Part shown: in pieces, positions 38,659 to 47,512 of the stretch | How the letters are laid out: the number at the start of each line of letters is the position of its first letter | How positions within the stretch are numbered: the stretch's first letter is position 1 | Source of the DNA: Actinomycetales bacterium | GTDB taxonomy: Bacteria; Actinomycetota; Actinomycetes; Actinomycetales; Dermatophilaceae | Assembly: GCA_038249115.1 (NCBI GenBank) | Contig: JBBRWQ010000003.1 | Location: 12,375 to 76,374 of the forward strand | Length of the DNA: 64,000 nucleotides | Reading direction: 5' to 3' | Position numbers and translations under genes: made by a program | Notes under the pieces: model-generated | What the model saw: the letters and a program-made list of their open reading frames with translations, nothing else | The model's database searches: none | What the model was told of the DNA's origin: nothing

Positions 38659-39393
38659 TCAGGCCTGCGGTTCAGGTGCCGGCGCCGTTACCCGTTCGGT
38701 GGGGGTGAGCGGCGTACTCCCCCGCACCAGGATCAGTCCCATGATGGCCAGCGCACACAGGTAAGCAGGCCATCCCAGCGCGATCTTGGCCACGCCCAGC
38801 AAAGTGACCTGTCCCGCGAGGTAGAGCGGGAACATCACCAGCACCCTGACGGCATAGAGCAGAACCAGCACCATGGTGAGCCTCTGGCAGACCCTGACCA
38901 GCCCCCTGTCACGTCGCCACGCCGTCGGGTCTTCGGCCATCAGGGGGTCACCGGCCGCGACGATGAACCCGATGATCGGCCAGCGCACCACGACGGACAA
39001 CAGTGAGCCGACACCCCAGGCAGCACTGGTCAGGATGCCAGGCAGAAATGCAGCCTCGGCGCGCCCGCTGCGTAAAGCGAAGAAGGCTGCGATGGCTGTG
39101 GCGAAGACGGCCGACAGTACGTAGCGCGGCGTCTGGCGGCTCGCCAGTCGAACCAGTAGGAGGGTCAGGACGATGACAGCCGAGGCCGCCACGGCGATCT
39201 TGACGTCGTGTCGCCACATCCACGCTGCCACGAAGGCGACCGTCGGAAGTGCCGTCTCGAACGAACCGCGCGCGCCCCCCATAGCGGACGAGAGACGTTC
39301 GCGGATAAGGGTTTCGACCGTATGTGCCGCTGCGTCGGTGGGCGGTCCGGTCACGACGTCCTCGCTAGTGGCCACGGGTCGGCTTGATCTCAT
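38659..39393 (-). CDS. DUF3159-like integral membrane protein
   Basis: Multi-TM 244-aa ORF in the conserved position next to trkA. The annotated start overlaps the upstream gene by 29 nt and may be too long. Confidence 0.6.
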   Translation of the reverse strand: MRSSRPVATSEDVVTGPPTDAAAHTVETLIRERLSSAMGGARGSFETALPTVAFVAAWMWRHDVKIAVAASAVIVLTLLLVRLASRQTPRYVLSAVFATAIAAFFALRSGRAEAAFLPGILTSAAWGVGSLLSVVVRWPIIGFIVAAGDPLMAEDPTAWRRDRGLVRVCQRLTMVLVLLYAVRVLVMFPLYLAGQVTLLGVAKIALGWPAYLCALAIMGLILVRGSTPLTPTERVTAPAPEPQA

Positions 39394-39772
39394 AGGCGGG
39401 ATTGAACATCGTGGGCACGCCGTGCTTGTAGGTCACTCGGCCGTGCGCGGTCAGGTAGGTGCCCGGCACGACACCGCCGATCCGGCGACGGCCGAGCCAG
39501 ACGAGGTTGAGGGTCTTGCTGCCGTCGTACAGCTCTGCCACCAACGCCGGGACGTTGACGCGGGGTCGCAGCGTGACGCTTCGGATAGAGCCACAGACAC
39601 TGGCCTCGGAACGGTCGACCAGCTCGGCGATGGGGGTGGCACCTTGACGCCATGTATCTTCCTGAAGCTCGCGGGCCTCGAACTCCAGCTCGGAGCTGGC
39701 CAGACGGCTCGCCAGACGCGCGAACAGCCCTGGTCTGGTGTCACGGACGCGAGTGCGCTGCTCGTGTGTCAT
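39365..39772 (-). CDS. OB-fold nucleic-acid-binding domain protein
   Basis: 135 aa. The pattern GSIRSVTLRPRVNVPALVAELYDGS..LNLVWLGRRRIGG..PG is typical of the Rv2694c-like OB-fold family (from memory). Confidence 0.6.
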   Translation of the reverse strand: MTHEQRTRVRDTRPGLFARLASRLASSELEFEARELQEDTWRQGATPIAELVDRSEASVCGSIRSVTLRPRVNVPALVAELYDGSKTLNLVWLGRRRIGGVVPGTYLTAHGRVTYKHGVPTMFNPAYEIKPTRGH

Positions 39773-39788
39773 CGCTGGCTCTCACCAC

Positions 39789-40550
39789 CTAGTGGATCTC
39801 GGTGATCTCGGGTCCGCGTTCGAACGGTTTGAGGTCGTTCAGCTGCGGAGCTCCAGTCTCGTCGTCCGCCACGTCCTCGACAACCGGCTCGGACTGGTCG
39901 GGCAGCTTCAGTGGCAGGAGCTCGCGTGGCGCCATGGCTTCGTCACCGCGCACGATCACCGTGTCCCGAACGACGTCCAACAGCACGGACGCAGCACCCT
40001 CATCTATGGCCGCCCGCCCGCTGAGGACTGCGCGCAGGAACCAGCGCGGGCCGTCGACACCGATGAAACGAGCCGGCGAGAAGACCGTGCGGCCATCAAG
40101 GCCAGTGCCAGGCATCCGGGCCTGCAGCTCGGCTCCCAACGGACCGCTGGTCAGATCGGCGGTGCCGCCCTGGCTGGTGATGCTGGCTGCGATCTCGGTG
40201 CGAATATCGTGCCAGATGCCTTCGCTGCGCGGCGCGGCAAAGACCTGCAGCTGAACGGCGGACTCACCCAGTACTGCGGTGACCCCGACCACGTTCTGAG
40301 ACGCCTGGTCAACCTCGAGGCGCAGCTCCATGCCCGGCACACCGGTCACCCACATTGACCCGAGATCGAGGCGCCCGTCCAGACCCGCCACCTCGGAACG
40401 GTCGAATGGGCCGCGCTTCTCGTCACCTGCTTCGGGAGTGTCCGGCAGCCCTGAACCTTGAGGGTTGGCCGCGCCATCGGGGCCCGTCGGGTCCAGCTGG
40501 TGAGGGGGCACGGGATTGGTGTCTTTGGTGCCACGGCGGAAGATGCCCAC
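39789..40550 (-). CDS. DUF3710-like conserved protein
   Basis: 253 aa, N-terminus MGIFRRG, conserved position upstream of dut. Confidence 0.6.
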   Translation of the reverse strand: MGIFRRGTKDTNPVPPHQLDPTGPDGAANPQGSGLPDTPEAGDEKRGPFDRSEVAGLDGRLDLGSMWVTGVPGMELRLEVDQASQNVVGVTAVLGESAVQLQVFAAPRSEGIWHDIRTEIAASITSQGGTADLTSGPLGAELQARMPGTGLDGRTVFSPARFIGVDGPRWFLRAVLSGRAAIDEGAASVLLDVVRDTVIVRGDEAMAPRELLPLKLPDQSEPVVEDVADDETGAPQLNDLKPFERGPEITEIH

Positions 40551-40556
40551 GTGTCG

Positions 40557-41045
40557 TCAGTCCTTAGATATCGTCGTCGAAGCGGGTGGCGAGCCGAACC
40601 CTCCACTGGCTCCATGTCCAGTGTCCCCCCGTTGGCTGCCCGGCAGATAGTCCACTTCGACGAAATGGGCCTCGTTGACCCGTTGAACCACAAGCTGGGC
40701 GATCCGGTCGCCCCTGCTGATGGTGAACGCCTCGTGGATGTCGGTGTTGAGCAGGTTGACCAGGATCTCGCCGCGGTAGCCCGCGTCAATCGTGCCGGGT
40801 GCGTTGACCATGGTAATCCCGTGCCTGGCGGCCAGCCCCGAGCGCGGGTGCACGAACGCGGCATACCCTGCGGGCAGGGCGATAGCCACACCGGTGGGCA
40901 CCAGAGCGCGCTGCCCCGGGGCGAGACTCACGTCCGTGCGGGCGTGCAGGTCCGCTCCCGCGTCGCCGTGGTGGGCGTAGCCGGGCAGCGGAAGGCCCGG
41001 ATCCAGTCGCGAGATCAACACCTGGATTCGCGTTGGGTCAGTCAT
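40557..41045 (-). CDS. dut: dUTP diphosphatase
   Basis: Motifs [24 protein letters not shown] and a C-terminal RG..GHGASG. Confidence 0.92.
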   Translation of the reverse strand: MTDPTRIQVLISRLDPGLPLPGYAHHGDAGADLHARTDVSLAPGQRALVPTGVAIALPAGYAAFVHPRSGLAARHGITMVNAPGTIDAGYRGEILVNLLNTDIHEAFTISRGDRIAQLVVQRVNEAHFVEVDYLPGSQRGDTGHGASGGFGSPPASTTISKD

Positions 41046-41135
41046 CTGAGCAGCCGTTCATCGTGCATGTCGGTCATTCGTGAGGCCGTGCATCCGTACA
41101 CCCATTGTCGCGACACCCGCAGCCGGCACTCCGAC

Positions 41136-41435
41136 TCAGCTGGCGCACTCGCGACACACCGGCTGGCCGCCGACTACCTTGGCCAGCTGACTGCGGTGAT
41201 GCACGAGAAAACAGCGCGAACAGGTGAACTCATCAGCTTGCTTGGGAACCACACGAACAGACAGCTCCTCGCCGGACAGGTCTGCTCCGGGAAGCTCAAA
41301 GCCCTCGGCCTGTTCGGTCTCGTCGACGTCAACGGTCGAGGCGCTCTTGTCGACGCGCCGCGACTTCAGCTCCTCGATCGAGTCTTCGGCGTCGTCGTCG
41401 TCGGTCTTGCGTGGCGCGTCATAGTCAGTCGCCAT
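41136..41435 (-). CDS. DUF4193-like protein
   Basis: 99 aa. MATDYDAPRKTDDD... acidic N-terminus and a C-terminal CxxC...C..C zinc-ribbon-like end. Confidence 0.7.
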   Translation of the reverse strand: MATDYDAPRKTDDDDAEDSIEELKSRRVDKSASTVDVDETEQAEGFELPGADLSGEELSVRVVPKQADEFTCSRCFLVHHRSQLAKVVGGQPVCRECAS

Positions 41436-41621
41436 GGCGAGTGTCGCCCTTCCTTGAAGGTCATAAAGAGGATCCGTGGTTCGTCGCTGGGGGGGTCAAC
41501 GACCGGCCGGCTGTTTTTGTGCCCGCTTGCGCGGCGGATTGTGCCCTATCTGCCCCCTCCCTGTCACCTTGGGGCTCCCGACCACCCAGACACCGCCTCA
41601 GTCTGGGGCCGATACGGCCTG

Positions 41622-42497
41622 TCAGCGCAGCGGCGCCAAGCCCTCCAGACGGGACAGCAGAGCGGCATGTACGCCGGGTCCGGCCGCCACCACAGCCGCC
41701 TCGCCGGGGGCCATCTCGCTCAGTCCCGTGACCAGCGCCCCCGCCTCGGTGGCGATGACCCAGCCGGCCGCGAGGTCCCAGGGGTTGAGGCCGGACTCGT
41801 AGTACGCGTCGACCGTGCCACAGGCGACCGCGCACAGATCCAGCGCAGCGCTGCCGGCCCGCCGGATGTCCCGGATCTCGGGCAGGATGGCGGCAAGAAC
41901 CTCACCCTGGCGTGCGCGGACCTCGGGTAGGTATCCGAACCCGGTGGCCACCAGCGACGTCAGCAGCTCGTCGACGGGGTTGACCCTGATCGCCGTGTCG
42001 TGATCGCCCTGACGTACATAGGCACCGCCGAGCAGCCGAGCGTGGAAGATCTCCATGGTGAGGGGGTTGCAGATCGCGCCGGCCACCGGTCGCCACTGCC
42101 CCGGCCTCGCTGGGTCGCCGATGACGGCCGCCACCGACACGCAGTAGGCCGGGATCTCGTAGAGGTAGTTGACGGTGCCGTCGATCGGGTCGATGACCCA
42201 GGTGATGTCCGAGCTTCCGGGTGAGGTCCCGTCCTCCTCGCCGAGAATCGCGTCGTCGGGCCGGGCCCCCAGCAGATGAGCGCGCAGGAGCGCTTCGGAC
42301 TGTTGGTCCATCACGGTCACGATGTCGTTGACGCTGCTCTTGGTGTCCAGCACACCAAGAGCGCGTGGCCGTTCCTGCACGATGAACTCGCCGGCCGCAC
42401 TGGCAGCAGAGACAGCCAGATCTTCGAGCTCGCGAAGGAACAGCTGTGGCAGCGGGTCCGACAGCCCCACGCCGGAGAAATTCAGCTTGGCGCACAT
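41622..42497 (-). CDS. Inositol monophosphatase family protein
   Basis: Motifs GEED and WVIDPIDGTVNY. Start at ATG 42497, sharing 1 nt with the cpfC stop. The track extension to 42863 is rejected. Confidence 0.85.
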   Translation of the reverse strand: MCAKLNFSGVGLSDPLPQLFLRELEDLAVSAASAAGEFIVQERPRALGVLDTKSSVNDIVTVMDQQSEALLRAHLLGARPDDAILGEEDGTSPGSSDITWVIDPIDGTVNYLYEIPAYCVSVAAVIGDPARPGQWRPVAGAICNPLTMEIFHARLLGGAYVRQGDHDTAIRVNPVDELLTSLVATGFGYLPEVRARQGEVLAAILPEIRDIRRAGSAALDLCAVACGTVDAYYESGLNPWDLAAGWVIATEAGALVTGLSEMAPGEAAVVAAGPGVHAALLSRLEGLAPLR

Positions 42498-43627
42498 CAG
42501 TCGGACCCGCACAGGGCTGGCTTGGCGGCTCTGAGGTTGGGGCAACAACCGGGGCGGCATATGGGCGGGAACGCGTCGCTGCCCGGCCAGGAAAGAACGT
42601 CGACCGGAGCCTGCCCGCGGGCCTGCGCGGCCCGTTCGGACACGAGGTCGACCAGACCCGACACGAACTCGGGGTCGGTCCCCACGGTGGGCACCCGGAC
42701 CATCTCCAGACCGAGTTCGGCCGCCGTCTCTGCAGCCTCGGTATCGAGGTCGAAACGGACCTCCATGTGATCCGAGACGAATCCGATCGGGGCCATCACA
42801 ACCGTTTTCACCCCGTCGGCGACCAGAGTCCGTAGCGCATCGTTGACGTCGGGCTCGAGCCACGGCTGGGTGGGAGGGCCTGAGCGGGAGCAGTAGACCA
42901 GCTCGTGGGCCAGGCTTCGGTCCAGAGTGGCGTTGACCTCTTCGGTGATGGCTGCGGCCAGGGCCAGGTGCTGGCGTCGGTAGGCGTTGCCCTCACCGTC
43001 GCCCGGACCCGAGGTGTCATCCATCCCGTCGGGGATCGAATGGGTGACGAAGACCAGCCGGAGGTCGTCGTCGTCGCGCGGCCCGAGAGCACGCACAGCT
43101 TCGGTCACGTGGCGTGAGTTGACCCGCGAAAAGCCAGGGTGGTTGAAGTAGGGCCGCACCTTGTCGACCTCGATCACCCGGCCCTCGTCGGCAAGCGTCT
43201 GCACCGCAGCAGCAAGGTCCTCGCGGTACTGCCGGCACGAGGAGTACGAGCTGTACGCGCTGGTCACGATGGTCACCACGCGGCGGATACCGGCCTCATG
43301 GGCCTCACGCAGCGCACCGGTGACGAAGGGGTGGAAGTTCCGGTTGCCCCACAGCAGTGGCGTCGGGATCTCACGTCGGTCCAGCTCTTCGCGCAGGGCG
43401 GTCAGCAGGGCTCGGTTCTGGTCGTTGATGGGGCTCTTGCCACCGAACGAGTAGTAGTGCTCGGCCACGGTGGTGAGCCGCTCGTCGGGGATGCCGCGTC
43501 CGGCAGTCGCGTTGCGCAGGAAGGGCATCACGTCGTCGGGCTTGTTCGGACCGCCGAAGGAGAGCAGCAGTATGCCGTCGTAAGGGGCGAGCGGTCCGGG
43601 GTCGGTCCCGGGATGGGGCGAGGTCAC
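42497..43627 (-). CDS. cpfC: Coproporphyrin ferrochelatase with Cys-rich C-terminus
   Basis: Motifs ILLLSFGGP and VFVTHSIP. The C-terminal CRPGCCPN...LCG is consistent with the [2Fe-2S] ligands known in actinobacterial ferrochelatases. GTG 43627 has GGAG upstream. Confidence 0.85.
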   Translation of the reverse strand: MTSPHPGTDPGPLAPYDGILLLSFGGPNKPDDVMPFLRNATAGRGIPDERLTTVAEHYYSFGGKSPINDQNRALLTALREELDRREIPTPLLWGNRNFHPFVTGALREAHEAGIRRVVTIVTSAYSSYSSCRQYREDLAAAVQTLADEGRVIEVDKVRPYFNHPGFSRVNSRHVTEAVRALGPRDDDDLRLVFVTHSIPDGMDDTSGPGDGEGNAYRRQHLALAAAITEEVNATLDRSLAHELVYCSRSGPPTQPWLEPDVNDALRTLVADGVKTVVMAPIGFVSDHMEVRFDLDTEAAETAAELGLEMVRVPTVGTDPEFVSGLVDLVSERAAQARGQAPVDVLSWPGSDAFPPICRPGCCPNLRAAKPALCGSD

Positions 43628-43750
43628 AGAGATTCTCCGGTTCGAAGGGGTACCACGGTTGTCCCCAAAACTACCGTTGCGGCGTGGCATCCGCCCGGTC
43701 GCGGTCGAAGATGGCAGAGTCTGTGCTGTCGGGCGACTCAGGAGATGGCG

Positions 43751-44893
43751 ATGCAGGACCTGCAACTTATCGGCGTGCATGAGGACGGTGAGCACCTCCT
43801 GCTCAGCGGAGCCGAGGGCGCGCGTTTTCGAATGCCGGTCGACGAGCCGTTGCGGGCAGCGATCCGGCACGATCGACCGCGACTGGGCCGACTTCCGATC
43901 GATGCCGACGGTGGCTTGCGTCCCCGCGATGTCCAGGCCCTGATCCGGGCCGGTGCCTCCGCTGAGGAGACCGCCGAGCGTGCGGGGTGGTCGGTCGAGA
44001 AGGTCCACCGTTACGAGGGTCCCATCCTGGCCGAACGTGAGCACGTCGCAGGCCTCGCGCGCAGCGCCCGTCTTCGCGCACGCAACGGTGCTTCCAGCGG
44101 CGGCAGCGCGCCGACGCTGTCCGCGAGGGTGGCCGAGCGGCTCAAGGGCCGTGGGGTCGACCCCAGAGAGGTCATCTGGGACTCCTGGCGGGCAGATGAC
44201 GGCCCGTGGACCGTCGTGCTGACCTTCGCTGCCGGCGGACGTCAGCGCCAGGCTGCATGGAGCTTCGACCTTGCCGACCGTGCCGTCTCCGCCGTCGATG
44301 ACGAGGCTCGCTGGCTGAGCGAGGAGCAGGACCTCGCTCCTGGGCCGATCCCGGCGCCGCATCTCGCCTCGGCATCGCTGCGGGTCACCACCGTCTACGA
44401 CCTGGAGGCCGAGGGTGGACTGCTGCCGGGCGCCCTCGCCGATCACCACGATCACCACGATGACCCGATCGACCTGATGACCGCGATGCGCGAGCGCACC
44501 ACTGCACGTAGCCGTCGCAGGCCGGGCGTGCGTCGTGGCCCGCTGACAACCCCGACCAATGTGCCCGGCGCCGGTGACCATGCCCCCGATGAGGCACTCC
44601 CCCTCGACGACCTGGCCTACGACCCCGAGACGATGCCACCGCCCCCGGGAGCCCACGCCGATCCCGATCCCCTGGGCGTTGACGGGCAACCGCACGACGA
44701 CGCCGCCGGCTATCTCATCGAGCTGCCGGAAGAACAGGTCGGGCGGATCGCAACGGAGACGGCACGTGCGACCAAACCGGCGAGCAAGCGGTCGCGACAC
44801 GGGGCTGCACGCAAAGGCGGGCGACCGACCGTCCCTGCCTGGGACGAGATCATGTTCGGCTCCAGACCGGGCGCCAACCGCTCGTCATCGTGA
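43751..44893 (+). CDS. sepH: Septation protein SepH (DUF3071)
   Basis: MQDLQLIGVHEDGEHLLL and the HTH-like segment LRPRDVQALIRAGASAEETAERAGWSVEKVHRYEGP, followed by a disordered basic tail. AGGAG lies 7 nt upstream of ATG 43751. Confidence 0.75.
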   Translation: MQDLQLIGVHEDGEHLLLSGAEGARFRMPVDEPLRAAIRHDRPRLGRLPIDADGGLRPRDVQALIRAGASAEETAERAGWSVEKVHRYEGPILAEREHVAGLARSARLRARNGASSGGSAPTLSARVAERLKGRGVDPREVIWDSWRADDGPWTVVLTFAAGGRQRQAAWSFDLADRAVSAVDDEARWLSEEQDLAPGPIPAPHLASASLRVTTVYDLEAEGGLLPGALADHHDHHDDPIDLMTAMRERTTARSRRRPGVRRGPLTTPTNVPGAGDHAPDEALPLDDLAYDPETMPPPPGAHADPDPLGVDGQPHDDAAGYLIELPEEQVGRIATETARATKPASKRSRHGAARKGGRPTVPAWDEIMFGSRPGANRSSS

Positions 44894-44911
44894 ACCCGGA
44901 GCCCCTCGGGG

Positions 44912-45598
44912 TCAGACTGTGAGCCTCGGCACCGGGATCGGGCAGTAGTCGAGCTCGAACGGCAGGACCTCCGGCGAGATCGCGACAGCGCGGGCAGCAT
45001 GTGAGGTCATCCGGCGCATGTAGTGACGCCGGCAGAGAACCTCGTACTCCACCAGGCCGACCTCATCCGGCGCGATGTCCCCCACCACGACCTGCTCGCC
45101 CTCCAGAACCATTACGCCATCGACCACCCGGGCGTTCTGGGTGGCGCGGTGGCCACACCAGCACAACGCTTCGACCTGCAGCGTCTGAACGCGGTCGGCC
45201 AGCTCGATCATCCGCTGGGACCCGGGGAAGAGCGCCGTCCTGAAGTCGGCGGTGATGCCGAAGGCGTAGACGTCCACATCCATCTCGTCGACAAGTCGTG
45301 CGAGCTGCTCAACCTGCACTGGGGTGTAGAACTGGGCCTCGTCGCAGATCAGGTAGTCCACGCGTTGGCCGCTGGTGGCGCGGCCGACCACGACGTCCCA
45401 GAAGTCGAGGCCGTCAACGACCTCAAAGGCCGTGGTGGCCAGGCCGAGACGGGATGACAGCACCGCCTCGCCAGCCCTGTCGTGCTTGGTGAAGATCAGC
45501 CCAGACCGCCCCCTGACCGAATGGTTGTGATCCATCTGAAGGGCAAGGGTGGACTTGCCGCAGTCCATCGTGCCGGAGAAGAAGACGAGTTCAGCCAC
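44912..45598 (-). CDS. tdk: Thymidine kinase
   Basis: P-loop FFSGTMDCGKST and zinc-ligand Cys pairs (CWCG...CRRH). Confidence 0.9.
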   Translation of the reverse strand: MAELVFFSGTMDCGKSTLALQMDHNHSVRGRSGLIFTKHDRAGEAVLSSRLGLATTAFEVVDGLDFWDVVVGRATSGQRVDYLICDEAQFYTPVQVEQLARLVDEMDVDVYAFGITADFRTALFPGSQRMIELADRVQTLQVEALCWCGHRATQNARVVDGVMVLEGEQVVVGDIAPDEVGLVEYEVLCRRHYMRRMTSHAARAVAISPEVLPFELDYCPIPVPRLTV

Positions 45599-45623
45599 GA
45601 CAAAGGACTCTAATGGGTGCGGG

Positions 45624-46790
45624 TCACAGCCCCCCGGCGCTATCCCTCGCGGTCACCTGGAACAACGGAATCGCCATCTCCTCGGGAGTCAGCGATCCGT
45701 GAAGACCCAACAACGCCAACAGTTGTGGGCGCGCGGTCCGGGAGTCGACAATGGCGAAGTTGTCGCGCATCGCCACGATTATGTCGCCGATTCGAGGCAG
45801 CACACGCTCCGAGACGACGCCGAACAAGCCATGCCCGATCGCCTCATCCCGGCTGAGCACCCAAGCCCGTGTATCGACCCGCTCGCGCCACGTGGCCAAG
45901 ACATCGTCGATCGCGCCGGGCTCGCAGTACAGCTGCAGGGAACGCGCCTCGCCACCCACGTGCCGCACGCCTCCGGCCAGCTCGAGGTCGTGAGCCAGAT
46001 CGATCCGAAGCGCGTGGGGGGCGTCGACCATGCCGTGGTCGGCGGTGACATAGACCGCGGTGTCCGAAGGGACTTCGGCGACGAGCCGGGCGAGGGAACG
46101 GTCGATCAGCTCCAGCTCATCACCCCACTCCCAGGACTGGCAGCCGTGGACGTGCCCCACCTTGTCGAGCTCTCCCCAGTAGAGATAGACGAGGGCCCGC
46201 TTGCTGGCCCGAACTCCAGTGAGCGTCGCGTCGACTCGCGCCTCAAGGGAATGCGCCGCCTTGAATGCGCCGCCGCGCAAGGCCGCATTGGTCAGGCCCG
46301 AGCCGTCGAAGAATCCCGGACCGATGCGGGTGACGGCCACCCCGCCCCTTGCGACGCGCTCAAAAACGGTCTGAATCGGCTGCCATATCCGCGGATCCGG
46401 TCCGTTCTCCCACGACAGCTCGTTGAGCAGGCGGTCCTCGCCGGGGACCAGCACCTCATAGCCGACCAGCCCGTGAGCGCCGGGTGGCAGACCAGTGCCA
46501 AAGGTCCCCATGCTCGTCGCGGTCGTCGACGGAAATCCCGCACAGAGCCGGTATGCCGACGGCAACAGCCCGCGCAGGAAGGGCGCATGACCGCTGCGCC
46601 GGCGCAACAGGTCGTATCCGAGCCCGTCGATGAGGACCACCACCGCGCGCCGTGCCGGCGGCAGGTCGAGCAGCTCGCGTGGCCCACCCTGGTCCCCCGG
46701 CTCGGCCACACCCAACGACCGAGCCACGGCCGGCAGTACGCCCGCCAGCCCCGAGGCGTCATAGGCCGGGGGCAGGTTCTGGTCGAACAC
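45624..46790 (-). CDS. Alkaline phosphatase family / type I phosphodiesterase-nucleotide pyrophosphatase
   Basis: Motifs VVLIDGLGYDLL, FPSTTATS and VTADHGM. The GTG start at 46790 was chosen to avoid overlapping the upstream gene and is uncertain. Confidence 0.75.
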   Translation of the reverse strand: MFDQNLPPAYDASGLAGVLPAVARSLGVAEPGDQGGPRELLDLPPARRAVVVLIDGLGYDLLRRRSGHAPFLRGLLPSAYRLCAGFPSTTATSMGTFGTGLPPGAHGLVGYEVLVPGEDRLLNELSWENGPDPRIWQPIQTVFERVARGGVAVTRIGPGFFDGSGLTNAALRGGAFKAAHSLEARVDATLTGVRASKRALVYLYWGELDKVGHVHGCQSWEWGDELELIDRSLARLVAEVPSDTAVYVTADHGMVDAPHALRIDLAHDLELAGGVRHVGGEARSLQLYCEPGAIDDVLATWRERVDTRAWVLSRDEAIGHGLFGVVSERVLPRIGDIIVAMRDNFAIVDSRTARPQLLALLGLHGSLTPEEMAIPLFQVTARDSAGGL

Positions 46791-46800
46791 GGAGGTGACC

Positions 46801-47424
46801 TCAGCGCCCGATGGCCGCCGACAGCGACCGGGCGAACGCCATGGCCTGGGCCAGATCCGGCTCCCCATCGGCATCTGCGCTGATCCGCAGACCGATGTCA
46901 TCCGTGGCGATGGTGCCCTCAAACCCGTGGTCGGCCTCGCAGTTAGGGTCACCGCAGGTGGCAGGAACCACGTCGACCCGGCTGACCGCACCCCAGCCAA
47001 GGGTCAGGGTGAGCTCTCGCCCCAGGGAACCGGGCACGTAGGTCGACGGGGACGTCACCACGTGGGTGAGCATGACGCCTCGAACCGCACTGAGTGGCAC
47101 ACACTCAGATGTCGCCGTCACTGTGGCGCGAGCCGGTTTGTCGTCCGGTTGCGGGCCATCTTCTTCGGCTGAGTGATCGTCTGCATGAGCGACCACAAGC
47201 CGCGTGGGGGTGAGGGCGAGCACGGTGATGTGGCGGCGGACGCTGTCCTGGTCGAACGTCGTCTCCTGGTGCACCAGGTGGGAGACGACCTCGTCACCGG
47301 CGACGGCCGACTCGACCACATCGGCCACCAGGGCAGGGTAGTAGCCGGCGCGTTCGATGTCCTTGGTCAGCGAGCTCGGCAGCGGTGGCCGTTGCCTCGT
47401 GGCCTGGTCAGCGGTGTTTGCCAT
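46801..47424 (-). CDS. Conserved actinobacterial protein (DUF5998-like)
   Basis: 207 aa from MANTADQ. Conserved pairing with the phosphodiesterase gene is recalled from memory. Confidence 0.55.
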   Translation of the reverse strand: MANTADQATRQRPPLPSSLTKDIERAGYYPALVADVVESAVAGDEVVSHLVHQETTFDQDSVRRHITVLALTPTRLVVAHADDHSAEEDGPQPDDKPARATVTATSECVPLSAVRGVMLTHVVTSPSTYVPGSLGRELTLTLGWGAVSRVDVVPATCGDPNCEADHGFEGTIATDDIGLRISADADGEPDLAQAMAFARSLSAAIGR

Positions 47425-47512
47425 AAGACACATCTTGACGCATGCCCCGCTCACCGCTCACCACCTGCCCCGGTTTGTCCGCGACTGAGGCGGGCGCCAC
47501 ACCGTTCGTGCG

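Noticed and set aside
42497-43627. Ferrochelatase C-terminal Cys cluster as something novel
   Set aside because: A C-terminal [2Fe-2S]-binding Cys cluster is an established feature of actinobacterial ferrochelatases. It is recorded as evidence for the call, not as a finding.
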